A stretch of 64,000 nucleotides of DNA from Felis catus (taxonomy: Eukaryota). The translations under genes were made by a program, and so were the position numbers. Numbering within the stretch: position 1 is the first letter of the stretch; every line of letters starts with the position of its first letter. Location: positions 59,894,001 to 59,958,000 of the forward strand of contig NC_058368.1 in the NCBI RefSeq assembly GCF_018350175.1, written 5' to 3'. Under the pieces are notes generated by a model. It was not told where the DNA came from. It ran no database searches and saw only the letters and a list, made by a program, of their open reading frames with translations. Positions 63,598-64,000 of this stretch are shown piece after piece.

Positions 63598-63981
63598 TTT
63601 TTTTTTAATATGAAATTTCTTGTCAAATTGGTTTCCATACAACATCCAGTGCTCCTCCCAACAGGTGCCCTCCTCAATGCCCATCACCCACCCTCCCCTG
63701 CCTCCCACTCTCCATCAACCCTCAGTTTATTCTCAGTTTTTAAGAGTCTCTTATGGTTTGGCTCCCTCCCTCTCTAACTCTTTTTTTTCCTTCCCCTCCC
63801 CCATGGTCTTCTGTTAAGTTTCTCAGGATCCACATAAGAGTGAAAACATACAGTATCTGTCTTTCTCTGCTTGACTTATTTTACTTAGCATAACACTCTC
63901 CAGTTCCATCCACGTTGCTACAAAAGGCCATATTTCATTCTTTCTCATTGCCAAGTAGTATTCCATTGTGTATATAAACCA
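63598..63981 (-). mobile_element. Felid L1 (L1_Fc-type) 3' end, 5'-truncated
   Basis: Poly-T then aatatgaaattt...gtcaaattggtttccatacaac...aagtttctcaggatccacataagagtgaaaac...ttagcataacactctccagttccatccacgttgc. Confidence 0.93.
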
Positions 63982-64000
63982 TTTCTTAATGCACGTATGT

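Overview
AT-rich mammalian genomic DNA from a felid, judged from the cat-type CanSINEs (SINEC_Fc family) and an L1_Fc-type 3' end. Most recognisable sequence is transposon-derived. There are about 23 CanSINEs, one full-length but dead carnivore LINE-1 (28.5-35.3 kb) nested inside an older L1M, and several older L1M/L2/MIR fragments. There are also MaLR/ERVL LTRs, two decayed ERVL internal segments (pol on the minus strand at 9.3-12.0 kb; LTR-gag-pro on the plus strand at 53.9-56.1 kb), MER DNA-transposon relics and microsatellites. The listed ORFs are almost all repeat-derived or chance. The only non-repeat coding-like signals are two or three small plus-strand candidate exons (6919-7077, 43352-43431/43442, possibly 51537 onward) with compatible splice phases. 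They suggest the window lies in large introns of a gene I cannot name. I find no evidence of a new multi-gene system. The best leads are the candidate spliced gene, a possible inversion splitting one ERVL provirus, a tailless internally primed SINE and a tandemly duplicated hairpin. Repeat family names come from recalled consensus sequences, not from a search, and boundaries of old repeats are approximate.
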